Part shown: piece after piece, positions 38,621 to 49,185 of the stretch
How the letters are laid out: each line of letters starts with the position of its first letter
Numbering within the stretch: the first letter of the stretch is position 1
NCBI GenBank assembly: GCA_965214605.1
Contig: OZ243961.1
Span: forward strand, 2,112,001-2,176,000
Origin: an uncultured Candidatus Binatia bacterium
Lineage (GTDB): Bacteria; Desulfobacterota; Binatia; Bin18
Reading direction: 5' to 3'
DNA length: 64,000 nt
Position numbers and translations under genes: made by a program
The notes under the pieces: generated by a model
The model's input: the letters and a program-made list of their open reading frames with translations, nothing else
Database searches by the model: none
What the model was told of the DNA's origin: nothing

Positions 38621-39915
38621 CAGCGACGCTGAGCGACACGCCAGACAGTTTGTGGCTGACCGAGCCGTCTCCGGCCGCTCCGCCGCTGCACGGCCGGGCA
38701 CGGGCCAACCTCGCTATTGTGGGCGGCGGTATAACAGGACTGAGCGCCGCTTACCATTTCAAGCAGCGCTATCCGAACAAGCATGTTGTGGTGCTTGAAG
38801 GGCAGCGGATCGGCTTTGGGGCAAGCGGGCGCAGCAGCGGATTTATCTCCCGGGAATATCACGGCTGGGACAGCCTCTTTTTTCGCAAGGGAGCGGCTGC
38901 TGTCGAACCCTACGCCCGGTACGCCGAGCGCGGCTATAGGCATCTGGTCCACACCATTAGACAGGAAGCGATTGAGTGCGACCTCCGGGAAAGCGGCGCG
39001 CTGCGGCTGGCCAAAAAAGACGCTGAGGTGCGGACGCTAGAGAAACAGGTGCAGGCCTACGCTCAGTTCGGCAAATCCGTTCAGCTGTGGCGGGGCCAAG
39101 ACTTAGCCGCAAAGATCCGCTCGGAGTTTTATCCGGCCGGAATTTTCCTGCCCCACTGGGCAACTCTGCATCCGGGCAAGCTCGTCCGGGGTCTCAGAAC
39201 CGCGGTCGAGAGGCTGGGCGTCCACATCTACGAGCACACTCCCATACAGCGGCTCCAGCAGGGCAAACCGGTCGCGCTGATCTGCCCAGACGGCCAGATC
39301 AGCGCCGACACGGCCATTGTCGCCACCAACGCCTACACGCCTCAGCTGGGCCTCTTCAAGCGTATTCTGATGCCCCTCCATCTCTACGTTATCGTGACCG
39401 AACCGGTGGACGAGACCGTCATTGGTCATGGCGCCTGGACGAGCCTGCCGGGTCGGTATGAAATGGACGCCAGCCATACCATTCGGCTCACCCCCGACGG
39501 GCGCCTGCTGATCAGAGGCGGCGCCCGTTACGACTACAACAGCCGGGTCACCTATCGTCACCAGCCCAGGGCGTACCAGCGCTTGGCCGAGCGACTCGTC
39601 GAACGCTATCCCTATCTGGGCAGCGTCCACGCCGCCCATAGCTGGAGCGGCGTGATGGCGCTCACCCGCGCCCACACACCGCTGCTGGGGCGGCTGCAAA
39701 ACGACAATAGTGTCCTGTTCAGCGTCGGCTACAACGGCTTCGGTCTAGTGAGTGGATTTTATGCCGGCAGGTTGATGTGCGAGCTGTACGCAGCTCAACC
39801 CAACCCGGATGTGGCCCTGATGTCCTCACCGACCAAGACCGGCTGGATCCCACCCGAGCCCCTGCGCTATGTGTCCATAAATCTGTCTCTGGCTCTCCGA
39901 CATCATCTTTTGTGA
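38617..39915 (+). CDS. FAD-dependent amine oxidoreductase (DAO/PuuB-like)
   Basis: IVGGGITGLSAA, GFGASGRSSG, LHPGKLVRGL, ATNAY, GYNGFG; GTGA overlap. Confidence 0.9.
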   Translation: MTATLSDTPDSLWLTEPSPAAPPLHGRARANLAIVGGGITGLSAAYHFKQRYPNKHVVVLEGQRIGFGASGRSSGFISREYHGWDSLFFRKGAAAVEPYARYAERGYRHLVHTIRQEAIECDLRESGALRLAKKDAEVRTLEKQVQAYAQFGKSVQLWRGQDLAAKIRSEFYPAGIFLPHWATLHPGKLVRGLRTAVERLGVHIYEHTPIQRLQQGKPVALICPDGQISADTAIVATNAYTPQLGLFKRILMPLHLYVIVTEPVDETVIGHGAWTSLPGRYEMDASHTIRLTPDGRLLIRGGARYDYNSRVTYRHQPRAYQRLAERLVERYPYLGSVHAAHSWSGVMALTRAHTPLLGRLQNDNSVLFSVGYNGFGLVSGFYAGRLMCELYAAQPNPDVALMSSPTKTGWIPPEPLRYVSINLSLALRHHLL

Positions 39916-40280
39916 GGAAGGCTAGGCACTCTCAATCGAAATCCAAAAGAGGAGAAACGCTGCTCTCTCAGAGCGTCTCTTCGGTCTTTCCTTTAACACT
40001 CCGGCTAGGAGCCGGCATTGTCCACAGCAATGCCCATCTCCAGTGCGACTTCTTCAGCGGTATACGGCTAGGACGCTCCGGTTCGGCAGACAGAATCAGA
40101 AGCTCGAGGACTCCTTGGTAGCAGGCAAAGTCTGCCGCCTGGCTGAAAGGCGTCGGTGTAACGGCTTACTGAGGAGGCGCATCCGTCAGCGTGGCACGAA
40201 CGCTGACAGATTCTCCGTCCCCTCATACGTACAGGAATCGCTGGTAAGAAGGGGGAGACTCAGGCTGCCTCTTCTTAGAT

Positions 40281-40592
40281 TTACTGCAAAGGCGAAAAAC
40301 CAGCCGGTGTCAGAATCTTGTTGTACTGGCTGACAATCATCGCCTGAGCGCGGGGCCGGAAGGTCTGAAGGGCGGGGTCATTGCCCTGAGCGGCCCGGGC
40401 TTGGGCGCGGTGGTTCAGGTCTTCATAAGCCCAGATATGGACCACCTCGTTGAGCGGCCCGACCTCGGTCGACCACCAGCCTATCAGCTTGGAGTATTTG
40501 CTGATGACGGGCAGGGCTTCCTGCTCTATCAGGGCTTGAAACTCCGGGACCTTGCCCGGCTGTAAGGTGTACACTCGCATTTCGTAGATCAT
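40281..40592 (-). CDS. NIPSNAP family protein
   Basis: IYEMRVYTLQPG, TEVGPLNEVVHIWAY, IL.P..FSPLQ. Confidence 0.93.
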   Translation of the reverse strand: MIYEMRVYTLQPGKVPEFQALIEQEALPVISKYSKLIGWWSTEVGPLNEVVHIWAYEDLNHRAQARAAQGNDPALQTFRPRAQAMIVSQYNKILTPAGFSPLQ

Positions 40593-40628
40593 ACGACATC
40601 CCTCCTTTGGATAGTGGTTTACTGCTGG

Positions 40629-42557
40629 CTAAAAGCGCAGGATCAAACGGCCTTGGACGCCGGAGTCCATCCCCCCCTCGTGCGTCAGGGTGGTCTCTCC
40701 ACTGACCTGGGCGACTAGGTGTGCACCAACCCCGAACTCAATGCCGCCGCCAAAGACTGCGTCCGGCTCGTTGTCGGCCACCTTGCCGGAGACGGTTTGG
40801 CCGGAGCCAAGCCTTCCCCTGACCTGCTCTTCATCGCCAAAGTCGTGCTCGCCGGCGATGCGCAGATGCGGCGCGACCCACACGTCGCCAAACTGCAGCA
40901 GGCTGGACATCTGGCCGCCGATAAAGCCGACCCAGCTTTCGTGAACGCTGCTTCGAACCGACAAGGCAAGCGGGCCGGCGTTTTCCCGGTAGCCGTCAAG
41001 TTGAGATTCGGTCCAGCGGCCGCCAATGATCGGTCCGAAGATTGTGTTGCCATATTGGAAGTTATAGCCGCCGCTCAGGAGGGCGAACCAGGTTGATCCT
41101 TTCGGGTCGGCTGAGGCGTTGGGGCGCGGGCTAAAGCCGGTTGGCCGCGAGAAGCGGTAGTCGTCCGCAGCATAGCCGACGGCCGCGTCAATATACACCA
41201 CCCGGTTGCTCACCGTGCCGTAGATGGTTCCGAACCAGCTCTCCAGGTCGGCCCGGCCTCGTCCTTCGTCCAACTCCAGATCGGCCTCGCTGTAACCAAA
41301 CCCAGCCCCGAGCATCGCCAACTGATGGAACCGCCAGTCTAACCCGAGCATCCCGGTAGTCGTGTCATAATCAAAGCGGCGCTGGCCAGCGCCGCCGTCC
41401 CGGTCGCCCATACCGAAGTCGCCAGTGAGATGCAGGGAGAACTTTCCCACCGCAACCTCGGTGCCTGTGCCGAACCCGGAACGCGCGGACAGCAAGCGGG
41501 CTTCCATCAGGCGCTGTTGCGAGCGCGACGACAGCAGGCCCAGCATAGAACGGGCAGTTATGTCTGCCCCGGCGTTGGCCTTCATGGCGAGATAGGCGGC
41601 AACGTATTGGCCAGCAAGCTGGTGCGTCCGGGCGGTCGGATGGATACCGTCGTAGAATATGCCGGCGTCGGTCATCTCCGGAGTCGCACAGCTACGCACC
41701 TCAGAGCTGGACACTTCCGTATAGAAACAGGGCCGCTTTGTATAGGTAAAGCCGTAGAGAGCCGGGTTATCCAGCATATCAGCGAACAAATCGTCCATTG
41801 CCACAAGCGTGATGTCAAGGCTACGGACGGATTCAAGCGTGGTCACAGCTGTGAGCAGGGCGGTATTGTGGGCAGCGGTCAACTGGCTGAGGCTGGCTGA
41901 GAGCGCCGGGCCGAGGACTGTAGCGCGTGGCGTACTGCCCATATCTGGCAGGTTCAGAACGGCAAACCTTTTCTGACCGGCCTGAGCCAGCCTGCCGATG
42001 CCGGTGGCGATATTGCCGACGACCGTGCCGACAAGGGCTTGAGGATTGGGCACGCCGGTGGCAACCCGGTCAGCATAGTCTTGAGCTCCGACGAAGTAGA
42101 CGGCGAGGCTGTTCGGACCAGTCACTCCTCCCTCGATCGCTCTGCCGACCTGATCGAGCGCGTCAACATTCAGCAGGTTGAGCAACGCGGCAACAGACGG
42201 GTTTGGAGAGAAGTTCGTCTCTCCCGACTCCGCACCTGCAAAGGCGAAGTTAAAGACGGCTGACTCAGGGACATCGAGCAAGCTGGGCAGCGCCTCGGCA
42301 TATGTTGGGCCGTTGGAGAACCGGCCCGGGTAATACGGCGGACTAGGCGGCTGTACCGGCACCAGGAGGGGATACTGTGCGTTCAGGGCGGCGGTTGCCC
42401 GGTGCAGGTTGCCGTTGTCGGTCAGGCTGTCGCCGATGAAGAACAGGCTGTCCTGGGCCATAGCCGGCCGGCAGGTCAGCACGCCAGCCACCAGCAGCCC
42501 TACAGCGAGACTGTAGCGGACAAACCGCTGACTCTCTCCTGTGGTCTGTAATGTCAA
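40629..42557 (-). CDS. GDSL (SGNH) esterase autotransporter, EstA-like
   Basis: Signal peptide, GDSLTDNG, GRFSNGP, NFAFAGA, YDGIHPT; C-terminal beta-barrel ending LILRF. Confidence 0.9.
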   Translation of the reverse strand: MTLQTTGESQRFVRYSLAVGLLVAGVLTCRPAMAQDSLFFIGDSLTDNGNLHRATAALNAQYPLLVPVQPPSPPYYPGRFSNGPTYAEALPSLLDVPESAVFNFAFAGAESGETNFSPNPSVAALLNLLNVDALDQVGRAIEGGVTGPNSLAVYFVGAQDYADRVATGVPNPQALVGTVVGNIATGIGRLAQAGQKRFAVLNLPDMGSTPRATVLGPALSASLSQLTAAHNTALLTAVTTLESVRSLDITLVAMDDLFADMLDNPALYGFTYTKRPCFYTEVSSSEVRSCATPEMTDAGIFYDGIHPTARTHQLAGQYVAAYLAMKANAGADITARSMLGLLSSRSQQRLMEARLLSARSGFGTGTEVAVGKFSLHLTGDFGMGDRDGGAGQRRFDYDTTTGMLGLDWRFHQLAMLGAGFGYSEADLELDEGRGRADLESWFGTIYGTVSNRVVYIDAAVGYAADDYRFSRPTGFSPRPNASADPKGSTWFALLSGGYNFQYGNTIFGPIIGGRWTESQLDGYRENAGPLALSVRSSVHESWVGFIGGQMSSLLQFGDVWVAPHLRIAGEHDFGDEEQVRGRLGSGQTVSGKVADNEPDAVFGGGIEFGVGAHLVAQVSGETTLTHEGGMDSGVQGRLILRF

Positions 42558-42607
42558 TACCGTACTCTCCTTGTCCTCAAGAGTCTCCGTGTCGGATGAA
42601 GGGGTGT

Positions 42608-43816
42608 CTAGGCATCGGTGAAGGCCGGTGCAACCTTGGTCGCAAACAGCTCAATGTCTTCTATCAGCTGCGCTTGCGGCTCCAAGCCGTTATAGGCCAC
42701 CAGCGAAAAATACTCGAACGGAATCTCACTATAGATCTCGTCGATCTGGTGTTTTACCTCGTCCACTGTGCCAGCCACAATCAGGCCGGTATTCATCACC
42801 CGCTCCAACATTGAGCCCTGTCCTTCGGACAGCAGCACGGGGAAAAAATGGACAGCAAACTGTGAGAAGAATGGCACGATCGTCCTGTCTACTTTCTCAT
42901 ACGCCTCTTGGCGCGTTTTGCCAACAAACAGGAAGCGCAGCAAGCCCTGACCCTGGCCCTGGCTGAGGGTTTTTCCTGCCTGGGCCGCACCCTCACGATA
43001 GGCGAGGTCCTGCTTTCGGGCGCCCTGCATGGGCGCGAAATAACAGCAGGTGAATCCCTCTTGTCCCGACCAATAGGCGGACTCGGCACTGCCCGACGAG
43101 CTGATGAACACCGGCGGGTGCGGTTTTTGATACGGGGCCGGGACTACGCTGATCTGACGCACCCGGTTCTGTTCGTCGATCTCGCCCGGCGCGCCGTACT
43201 CTTGGGCGCAGGGGTAGGCCGGATAGTGCTCAATGCCGGCGTACGGGTAAGGCACTTGGAAATACTCCCCGTCGTGGGCAAAGCTCTGCTGTGTCCAGGC
43301 TTTCTTCACAATCGCGACCATTTCGCGAAAGATCTGCTGGTTGTTCTCATCGGCCTCAGCCTGCTCGGGTGATTCCCGGTGCGACAGAGTGGGGAGCGAT
43401 TGGTAGGCCTGGCCCAAGGTCCGGACCCATCGTGCCTGGTAACCACGGGCAAACCCGACAAAAAAGCGGCCTTTCAGAATATGATCCAACAGTGCGGTCT
43501 CTTCAGCCACCCGCAGCGGGTTATGCGTGCCCATCACATAGCCTAGTTGGCCCATCCGCATGCGCTTGGCATACGGCCCGAGCCAGGCGTTCATGATGCC
43601 CGGACAGGGGAGCATCTCAAACCCCTCGGAATGAAAATGGTGCTCAATAAAACTCATTCCCCAATAGCCCAGCTCATCGGCCGCTCTGACAATGTCGACC
43701 ATGCCATCAATGATCTCGGCATACTTTTCAACGTTCCGTCCAACCGGCCTCAGCCGTTTGCGCTCAGCGTTAGAACTGACCGGCATAGACGGGACTATCT
43801 GAATCATTGTCTTCAC
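42608..43816 (-). CDS. LLM-class flavin-dependent oxidoreductase
   Basis: ADELGYW...EHHFHSEG, NPLRVAEETALLDH..KGRF.VGFARGYQ, PYQKPHPP. Confidence 0.9.
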   Translation of the reverse strand: MKTMIQIVPSMPVSSNAERKRLRPVGRNVEKYAEIIDGMVDIVRAADELGYWGMSFIEHHFHSEGFEMLPCPGIMNAWLGPYAKRMRMGQLGYVMGTHNPLRVAEETALLDHILKGRFFVGFARGYQARWVRTLGQAYQSLPTLSHRESPEQAEADENNQQIFREMVAIVKKAWTQQSFAHDGEYFQVPYPYAGIEHYPAYPCAQEYGAPGEIDEQNRVRQISVVPAPYQKPHPPVFISSSGSAESAYWSGQEGFTCCYFAPMQGARKQDLAYREGAAQAGKTLSQGQGQGLLRFLFVGKTRQEAYEKVDRTIVPFFSQFAVHFFPVLLSEGQGSMLERVMNTGLIVAGTVDEVKHQIDEIYSEIPFEYFSLVAYNGLEPQAQLIEDIELFATKVAPAFTDA

Positions 43817-44022
43817 CCATGTCCTCCTTGCTGTGCCTCTTAAACCTGCTCAGTCTCACAGCGTCAAGACCGCCCATATCTGTTTTTCTCTCTTCCTAAC
43901 TTGCATCCATGTCCGAGGTTTTATATAGCTCCGGCCAGACACGCCGTACAATACGGTTTACCCTCTCTTCTCTTCCTGATCCAAAGGCCAGGATAAACCA
44001 CATCGACGCAAGGAGGAAGCAT

Positions 44023-45159
44023 ATGGGGCTGGCTGACCTACGTGATTGCGCGTGTATCGTCGGAGTCGGCGATACTCCGCAAGGCTCGGTGCCAGAAAAA
44101 ACAGGCGATGAGCTGGCCATTGACGCCGCTAGGGCCGCCCTTGATGACTGTGGGCTCAACAAAGACGATATCGAGGGTTTGTTTGTCCAACCTAGCTATG
44201 GGCGTCAGGGTGATTACCTCAAAGTCGGGCTGATGCTCGGCCTGAATCCCAAGGTCGGTGGCGCGGTTGAGGCGTCAGGCGCAACAGGCTGTTACATGAT
44301 TCAGCATGCCGCCCTGCTGCTCAACGCTGGGATGGCCAATTATATTTTGCTAGTCTATGGCACCAACCAGAAAACCACCCGCAACCGCTTTGGCGCAGCG
44401 TTGCTTGAAGAGCACGCTCCTTACGGCGGTTTTAATCCCTCCGGGCCGTTTGCATTCGCCTTTCGTCGCCACATGTACCTGTACGGTACGACTGAGGAAC
44501 AGCTAGCGACGATTGCGATTAACCAGCGCACGCACGCCAGGCTCAACCCCAAAGCTGTACAAAAAACGCTCCTGACGCTCGACACCTATATGAACGCCCG
44601 CTACATTGTCCGGCCGCTGCGCCTGTTTGACTACTGCTACATCACCGATGGTGGCCACGCGTTTATTCTCACCACCCCCGAACGCGCCAACAACCTCAAG
44701 AAACCTCCGGTGTCTATCTGTGGCATGGGTCGTCAAGAAGCCTTTCGGGCCTATGAAACGCCCGATCTGGTCATGCAGAGCTTTCAGCAGGAAGCCGTGG
44801 CCAAGATGGTCTTTGACATGGCCGATATGAGCGTGCGAGACATCCAAGCTCTGTACGTGCAAGACGCCTATAGCCCAGCCGTGATCGCCGCTCTGGAAAA
44901 TTATGGCTTTTGCCCGCGCGGCGAAGCCGGCCGCTGGATTCAGGACGGGCGGATCGGCCTAGGTGGGGAGCTGCCGCTCAACGTCAATGGCGGCCAGCTA
45001 TCCGAGACCTACATGGTTGGCTGGCAGAACACCTGCGACGCGGTGCGCCAGCTGCGGGGCGAGTGTGGCCTCCGTCAAATCCACGACGTCGAACGGATCA
45101 TGTGTACCTACACTGGCGGATTGCGCGAGCACGCTGGCGCCCTCATTCTACGGAGATAA
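44023..45159 (+). CDS. Thiolase-superfamily protein (Ltp2-like)
   Basis: PLRLFDYCYITDGG, LPLNVNGGQLSETY, AVRQLRGE; AGGAGG RBS before ATG at 44023. Confidence 0.88.
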   Translation: MGLADLRDCACIVGVGDTPQGSVPEKTGDELAIDAARAALDDCGLNKDDIEGLFVQPSYGRQGDYLKVGLMLGLNPKVGGAVEASGATGCYMIQHAALLLNAGMANYILLVYGTNQKTTRNRFGAALLEEHAPYGGFNPSGPFAFAFRRHMYLYGTTEEQLATIAINQRTHARLNPKAVQKTLLTLDTYMNARYIVRPLRLFDYCYITDGGHAFILTTPERANNLKKPPVSICGMGRQEAFRAYETPDLVMQSFQQEAVAKMVFDMADMSVRDIQALYVQDAYSPAVIAALENYGFCPRGEAGRWIQDGRIGLGGELPLNVNGGQLSETYMVGWQNTCDAVRQLRGECGLRQIHDVERIMCTYTGGLREHAGALILRR

Positions 45160-45163
45160 ACCC

Positions 45164-45574
45164 GTGGCCGCCTATAAAAAACCCCTCCCCGCTATTGAAA
45201 AATGGAACGCGCCCTACTGGCAGGCGGCCAAGCGGCATGAGTTTGTGGCTCAAAGGTGTCGGAGCTGCGACTATATTCATCTCCCGCCCGGTCCGGTGTG
45301 CACCAACTGTCTGAGTGCCGACCAAGACTGGGTGCCGCTGAGCGGCAGAGGTACGATCTATTCCTACGGCGTGTATTATCAACGCTGGCACGAGGGCTTT
45401 GCCGATGACATTCCCTACAACGTTGCCCTTATCGACCTGAAAGAAGGACCACAGATCGTTAGCCAGATCATAGGGTGTGAGAACGACGAATTAGACTGCG
45501 GCCTGGCTGTCGAAGTGGTGTTCGACGATGTCACCCCTGATGTGAGCCTGCCGAAGTTTCGCCTAATGCAATAA
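45164..45574 (+). CDS. Zn-ribbon/OB-fold DUF35 protein
   Basis: PYWQAA, QRCRSC..PP..CTNC, SGRGTIYSY, PYNVALIDLKEGP; GTG at 45164. Confidence 0.9.
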   Translation: MAAYKKPLPAIEKWNAPYWQAAKRHEFVAQRCRSCDYIHLPPGPVCTNCLSADQDWVPLSGRGTIYSYGVYYQRWHEGFADDIPYNVALIDLKEGPQIVSQIIGCENDELDCGLAVEVVFDDVTPDVSLPKFRLMQ

Positions 45575-45584
45575 GGAGGACAGT

Positions 45585-46484
45585 ATGAAGATCGGATTTA
45601 TTGGACTCGGAAATATGGGTGGTCCCATGGCCTCCCACATCCTTGCCGCTGGTCATTCGGTGACCGTGTACGATATCCGTAAAGAAGCCGCCGCCCCACA
45701 GCTTGATCACGGCGCCCGGTGGGCCGACAGCCCGCGCGCCGTGGCAGCGACGAGTGAGATTGTCCTCACCTCGCTGCCCGGCCCCAAGCAGGTCGAAGAG
45801 GTCGCCCTGGGAGAGGGCGGCGTCCTACAGGGGGCGGAGTCGGACAGTGTGTATATTGACCTGTCAACCAGCTCTCCAACTCTGATTCGTGAGATCTGCG
45901 CCACCTTTCAGGAAAAAAATGTTCACGTGTTAGACGCACCGGTCAGCGGCGGGCCGATCGGCGCCCAAGCCGCCACACTGGCGGTGATGGTTGGAGGAGA
46001 CAGAACCGTGTACGATCGGGTCAAACCGGTGTTAGACGTGATTGGCGACAAGGTCTCTTATGTGGGTGGTATAGGCTGCGGAGAAATTGCCAAAATCGTC
46101 CACAATATGATCGGTATTTGTAGTCTCTCCCTGTTAGCCGAGGGTTTAACGCTGGGCGTCAAAGCCGGGGTTGATCCGCAAGCTCTCCTCCAAGCCATTC
46201 AAGACGGCGCGGTGGGTCAGGGTTTGATGCTGAACTACATGGTGCCGGAAGTCGTCTTCAAGGGCGATTTTGACACCGCCCGCTTTGCCCTGCGCTGGGC
46301 GCGCAAGGATATTGGCCTTGCCACCGAGCTGGGACGTGAGTTTGAGGTGCCGCTCAAGGTGGCCAATGTGATTGAACAGGAGTTTGTTGAAGCCATGGCC
46401 CGGGGCTGGGGTGAGCGGGATTCCAGCGCACCGTTTGCTCTCCAGGAAGAGCGGGCCAAGGTGACGGTTCGCGTGGCTGAGTGA
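45585..46484 (+). CDS. 3-hydroxyisobutyrate dehydrogenase-family NAD(P) oxidoreductase
   Basis: IGFIGLGNMGGPMA, DAPVSGG, LAVMVGG, KIVHN, KDIGLA. Confidence 0.92.
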   Translation: MKIGFIGLGNMGGPMASHILAAGHSVTVYDIRKEAAAPQLDHGARWADSPRAVAATSEIVLTSLPGPKQVEEVALGEGGVLQGAESDSVYIDLSTSSPTLIREICATFQEKNVHVLDAPVSGGPIGAQAATLAVMVGGDRTVYDRVKPVLDVIGDKVSYVGGIGCGEIAKIVHNMIGICSLSLLAEGLTLGVKAGVDPQALLQAIQDGAVGQGLMLNYMVPEVVFKGDFDTARFALRWARKDIGLATELGREFEVPLKVANVIEQEFVEAMARGWGERDSSAPFALQEERAKVTVRVAE

Positions 46485-46503
46485 GGGCGTCTCGCTCCGG
46501 CGT

Positions 46504-47004
46504 CTACTGCGCCGCAATCGCGTCCAGCCCAGCCTGTGCGGCCTCGATATCTTCGGCCTCCGTCCCTCCGCTGGCGCCAATTCCACCCAGGAGCTTGCCA
46601 CTAACCATGATAGGTAAGCCGCCGCCCGCTGGCAGCAAGGGCTCGCCTATCAGCTTTTGGACGCTTTTAAATAGTTGGGGGCGACCCGTGGCCAACTCTT
46701 CAACGGAGGCTGACGGGCGGCTGAAGGTAGCCGAGGTCAGGGCTTTGCTGTAGGCCACCTTCGGCGTCATCCAACGCGCGCCATCCATACGGACCATGGC
46801 TACCGGACGACCAAAATTATCGACCACGGCAAAGCTCATTGCCCAGCCTGCTTGTTCGGCTTTGGCTTTGGCCGCGGCAATAATCGACTCGGCCATGGCC
46901 AGACTCACCAGAGACGGGGCGTCGGCTTCTTGGGCCCGTACCGAAGGTGAGCTGAGGACGAGGCTGACAATGACCCACAGGCCAACGATAGATATCTTTT
47001 TCAT
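46504..47004 (-). CDS. GlcG/HbpS family heme-binding protein, exported
   Basis: Signal peptide, AVVD..G...RMDGA, KALTS, GGGLPI...GGIGASGG..ED; ATG at 47004. Confidence 0.88.
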   Translation of the reverse strand: MKKISIVGLWVIVSLVLSSPSVRAQEADAPSLVSLAMAESIIAAAKAKAEQAGWAMSFAVVDNFGRPVAMVRMDGARWMTPKVAYSKALTSATFSRPSASVEELATGRPQLFKSVQKLIGEPLLPAGGGLPIMVSGKLLGGIGASGGTEAEDIEAAQAGLDAIAAQ

Positions 47005-47053
47005 ACCGTTTCTCTCCCTATTACAATCGACACGATACTCCACCGAGAGGGCT

Positions 47054-48733
47054 TTAGGCGGCGGCCCGCAGCACCTGTCCGGGCAGCACTCCGGTGTGTT
47101 GCTGCTCGGCATATAAGACTTGACCGTTGACAACCGTGTACTGCACGCCCCGGGCTGGCATGACTAAGCGGCGACCGCCGCCCGGGAGATCGTGGCGCAT
47201 CTCCGGCCGACGTCCAGAGCCAATCGTCTGGTAATCAAAAATCGCGAGATCAGCGGCCAGTCCCACAGCCAAGCGGCCCCTGTCCTGAATGCCGAAGAAA
47301 TGAGCTGGCTCTGTGGTCAGCCGCTGGACGGCTCGTTCAAGCGTCATGACCTGCTTGTCACGTACCCAAGTGCCGAGCAGGTAGGTGCAGTAGCCTGCGT
47401 CGCATAGCATATCAACGTGCGCCCCACCGTCGGATAGGCCGATCATGGCGCGGGGATCGGTGATCAGATCGGGAATCAGGTCCTCATTCGCGTTGAACAG
47501 GACAATGGTGTACTGCAGCCGCAGCTCATCTTCGAGGGCTAGGTCCAGAAAGGTATCCAGCCCATCCTTACCCCGCTCGGCCGCAATGTCGGCCACTGTC
47601 CTCCCTTCCAGCGGCCTCATGGTTGGATTGGTGACTTCTTTGACCTCCAACCGCTCCCACTTCCCGGAAAAAATACGCGGAGTTTCTAGCTCCGTGCGAA
47701 AGGCTTGGCGGAAGTCGGGGTCGCGGTAGACCTGCATCTGCTCTTCGACTGAGCGGTTAAAGACCGGGTTCCAGGACGGATGGTTAGCAAAGATGAACGG
47801 ATTACGCAGATCAATCTGAATTACAAACGGCCGACAGGTGACCTGTGGTACGCCGCCGCGCTTAATGAGCGGCTCGGCCTTACTCAGCATGTCTAGTCCA
47901 GCAGTCGGCTTGTCATCGCGACTAATCACCCCCAGCCAAGTCACCGGCCGGCCGCTTTCGGTCAGCAGAAAATCGACCAGATCGTACTCCTCGTCCGAGA
48001 TCTCGCCGGCGGTTGCTGTAAGCGCGAGTTCCATGGTACCTCGGCCAAGCCCTTTGAGCACATTGGCATAGGCTTTCAGTTCGTCGCGGCTGGCTTGGCG
48101 GCAGGCCAGAGGACGTGCCTGATAGCCGATGTGTTGAGGAATCGCGGTGGTAGTTATGCCTAAGGCTCCAGCCAACATAGCTTCCTTGAGCAAGGCTTTA
48201 ATCTGCCCAATTTCATCCGGGGCAGCAGCTCGGTCCATTGAGTCTTCGCCCATCACAAAGTGACGAAACGGGGTGAGCGGCGCCAGAAATCCGAGGTTAA
48301 TCCCTGAGCCTCGTTTTTGTGCGGCCTGCATATACTCGGGAAAGCTGACCCAGTCCCAGGTAATGCCTTTGCTCAGAACTTCGATGGGAATGGCCTCAAC
48401 ATTCACCAGGTCCCAGGCTGCGACTTCTTGGACCTCGGGCCGACAAGGAGCCAGACCAACTCCGCAATTGCCCATAACCACGCTGGTCACACCGTGCCAA
48501 CTCGAGCAGCTGATGAGCGGGTCCCAACAAATCTGGGCGTCATAATGGGTGTGGGGATCAATAAAGCCTGGTGAGACAATCAGGTCCGAGGCGTCAATAA
48601 CCTGCTGAGCTGCGTCTTTGATCTTGCCGATCTCGACAATCCGGCCATCCGCAATAGCAACGTCTGCCTGAAAACGTGGCCCGCCTGTTCCATCCACAAC
48701 AGTACCGTTCCGAATCAATACATCGTAGGCCAT
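47054..48733 (-). CDS. N-acyl-D-amino acid deacylase-like amidohydrolase
   Basis: VVDGTG, PGFIDPHTHYDAQ, GNCGVG, SDGGAH, DRG.LAVG.AAD. Confidence 0.92.
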   Translation of the reverse strand: MAYDVLIRNGTVVDGTGGPRFQADVAIADGRIVEIGKIKDAAQQVIDASDLIVSPGFIDPHTHYDAQICWDPLISCSSWHGVTSVVMGNCGVGLAPCRPEVQEVAAWDLVNVEAIPIEVLSKGITWDWVSFPEYMQAAQKRGSGINLGFLAPLTPFRHFVMGEDSMDRAAAPDEIGQIKALLKEAMLAGALGITTTAIPQHIGYQARPLACRQASRDELKAYANVLKGLGRGTMELALTATAGEISDEEYDLVDFLLTESGRPVTWLGVISRDDKPTAGLDMLSKAEPLIKRGGVPQVTCRPFVIQIDLRNPFIFANHPSWNPVFNRSVEEQMQVYRDPDFRQAFRTELETPRIFSGKWERLEVKEVTNPTMRPLEGRTVADIAAERGKDGLDTFLDLALEDELRLQYTIVLFNANEDLIPDLITDPRAMIGLSDGGAHVDMLCDAGYCTYLLGTWVRDKQVMTLERAVQRLTTEPAHFFGIQDRGRLAVGLAADLAIFDYQTIGSGRRPEMRHDLPGGGRRLVMPARGVQYTVVNGQVLYAEQQHTGVLPGQVLRAAA

Positions 48734-49185
48734 GACATCCTCACTTGTGTAAAATGTGGTTCATCCTGACTCTTGGGGCAGGATGGACCGCACCGGTGCT
48801 ACCAACACTAGCCTATCTCGAAAGCTTTCGTCAAGCGCGAGACTCCGTCCAGATCATCGTTCTGAGGCGTCTCCTAGGCGAGAGATCCCTCGTAGCAACC
48901 GCAGGCAACGCTGAGGAGCGGAAAACTCAAGGGCGGCAACTGCCCCACTCGATAATGAGCGATTGCAACCAACACGCCGGCACGCTCGCCGCCGGCGTGA
49001 GGTTTCGTTTATGACTAAGCCCAGTAACGGCCTCGGGGTCAGGACGGCACCAAGGCCGAATTGTCTGACTTAAGGGTTTGCCATACCAACATGAGGTGTC
49101 TTGCCTTTCGGTCTAGGCAGTGTAATGCCTGACGTGCTAAGAGGGCACGAGCGTCTGATCCAACAGAACACGAGGAGGACACAAC

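Noticed and set aside
39916-40280. Possible GAF-domain remnant (YTAEEVALEMGIAVDNA, minus strand) and 8-bp hairpin at 40185-40207
   Set aside because: Similarity too short to support; the hairpin lacks a U-tract, so it is not called a terminator
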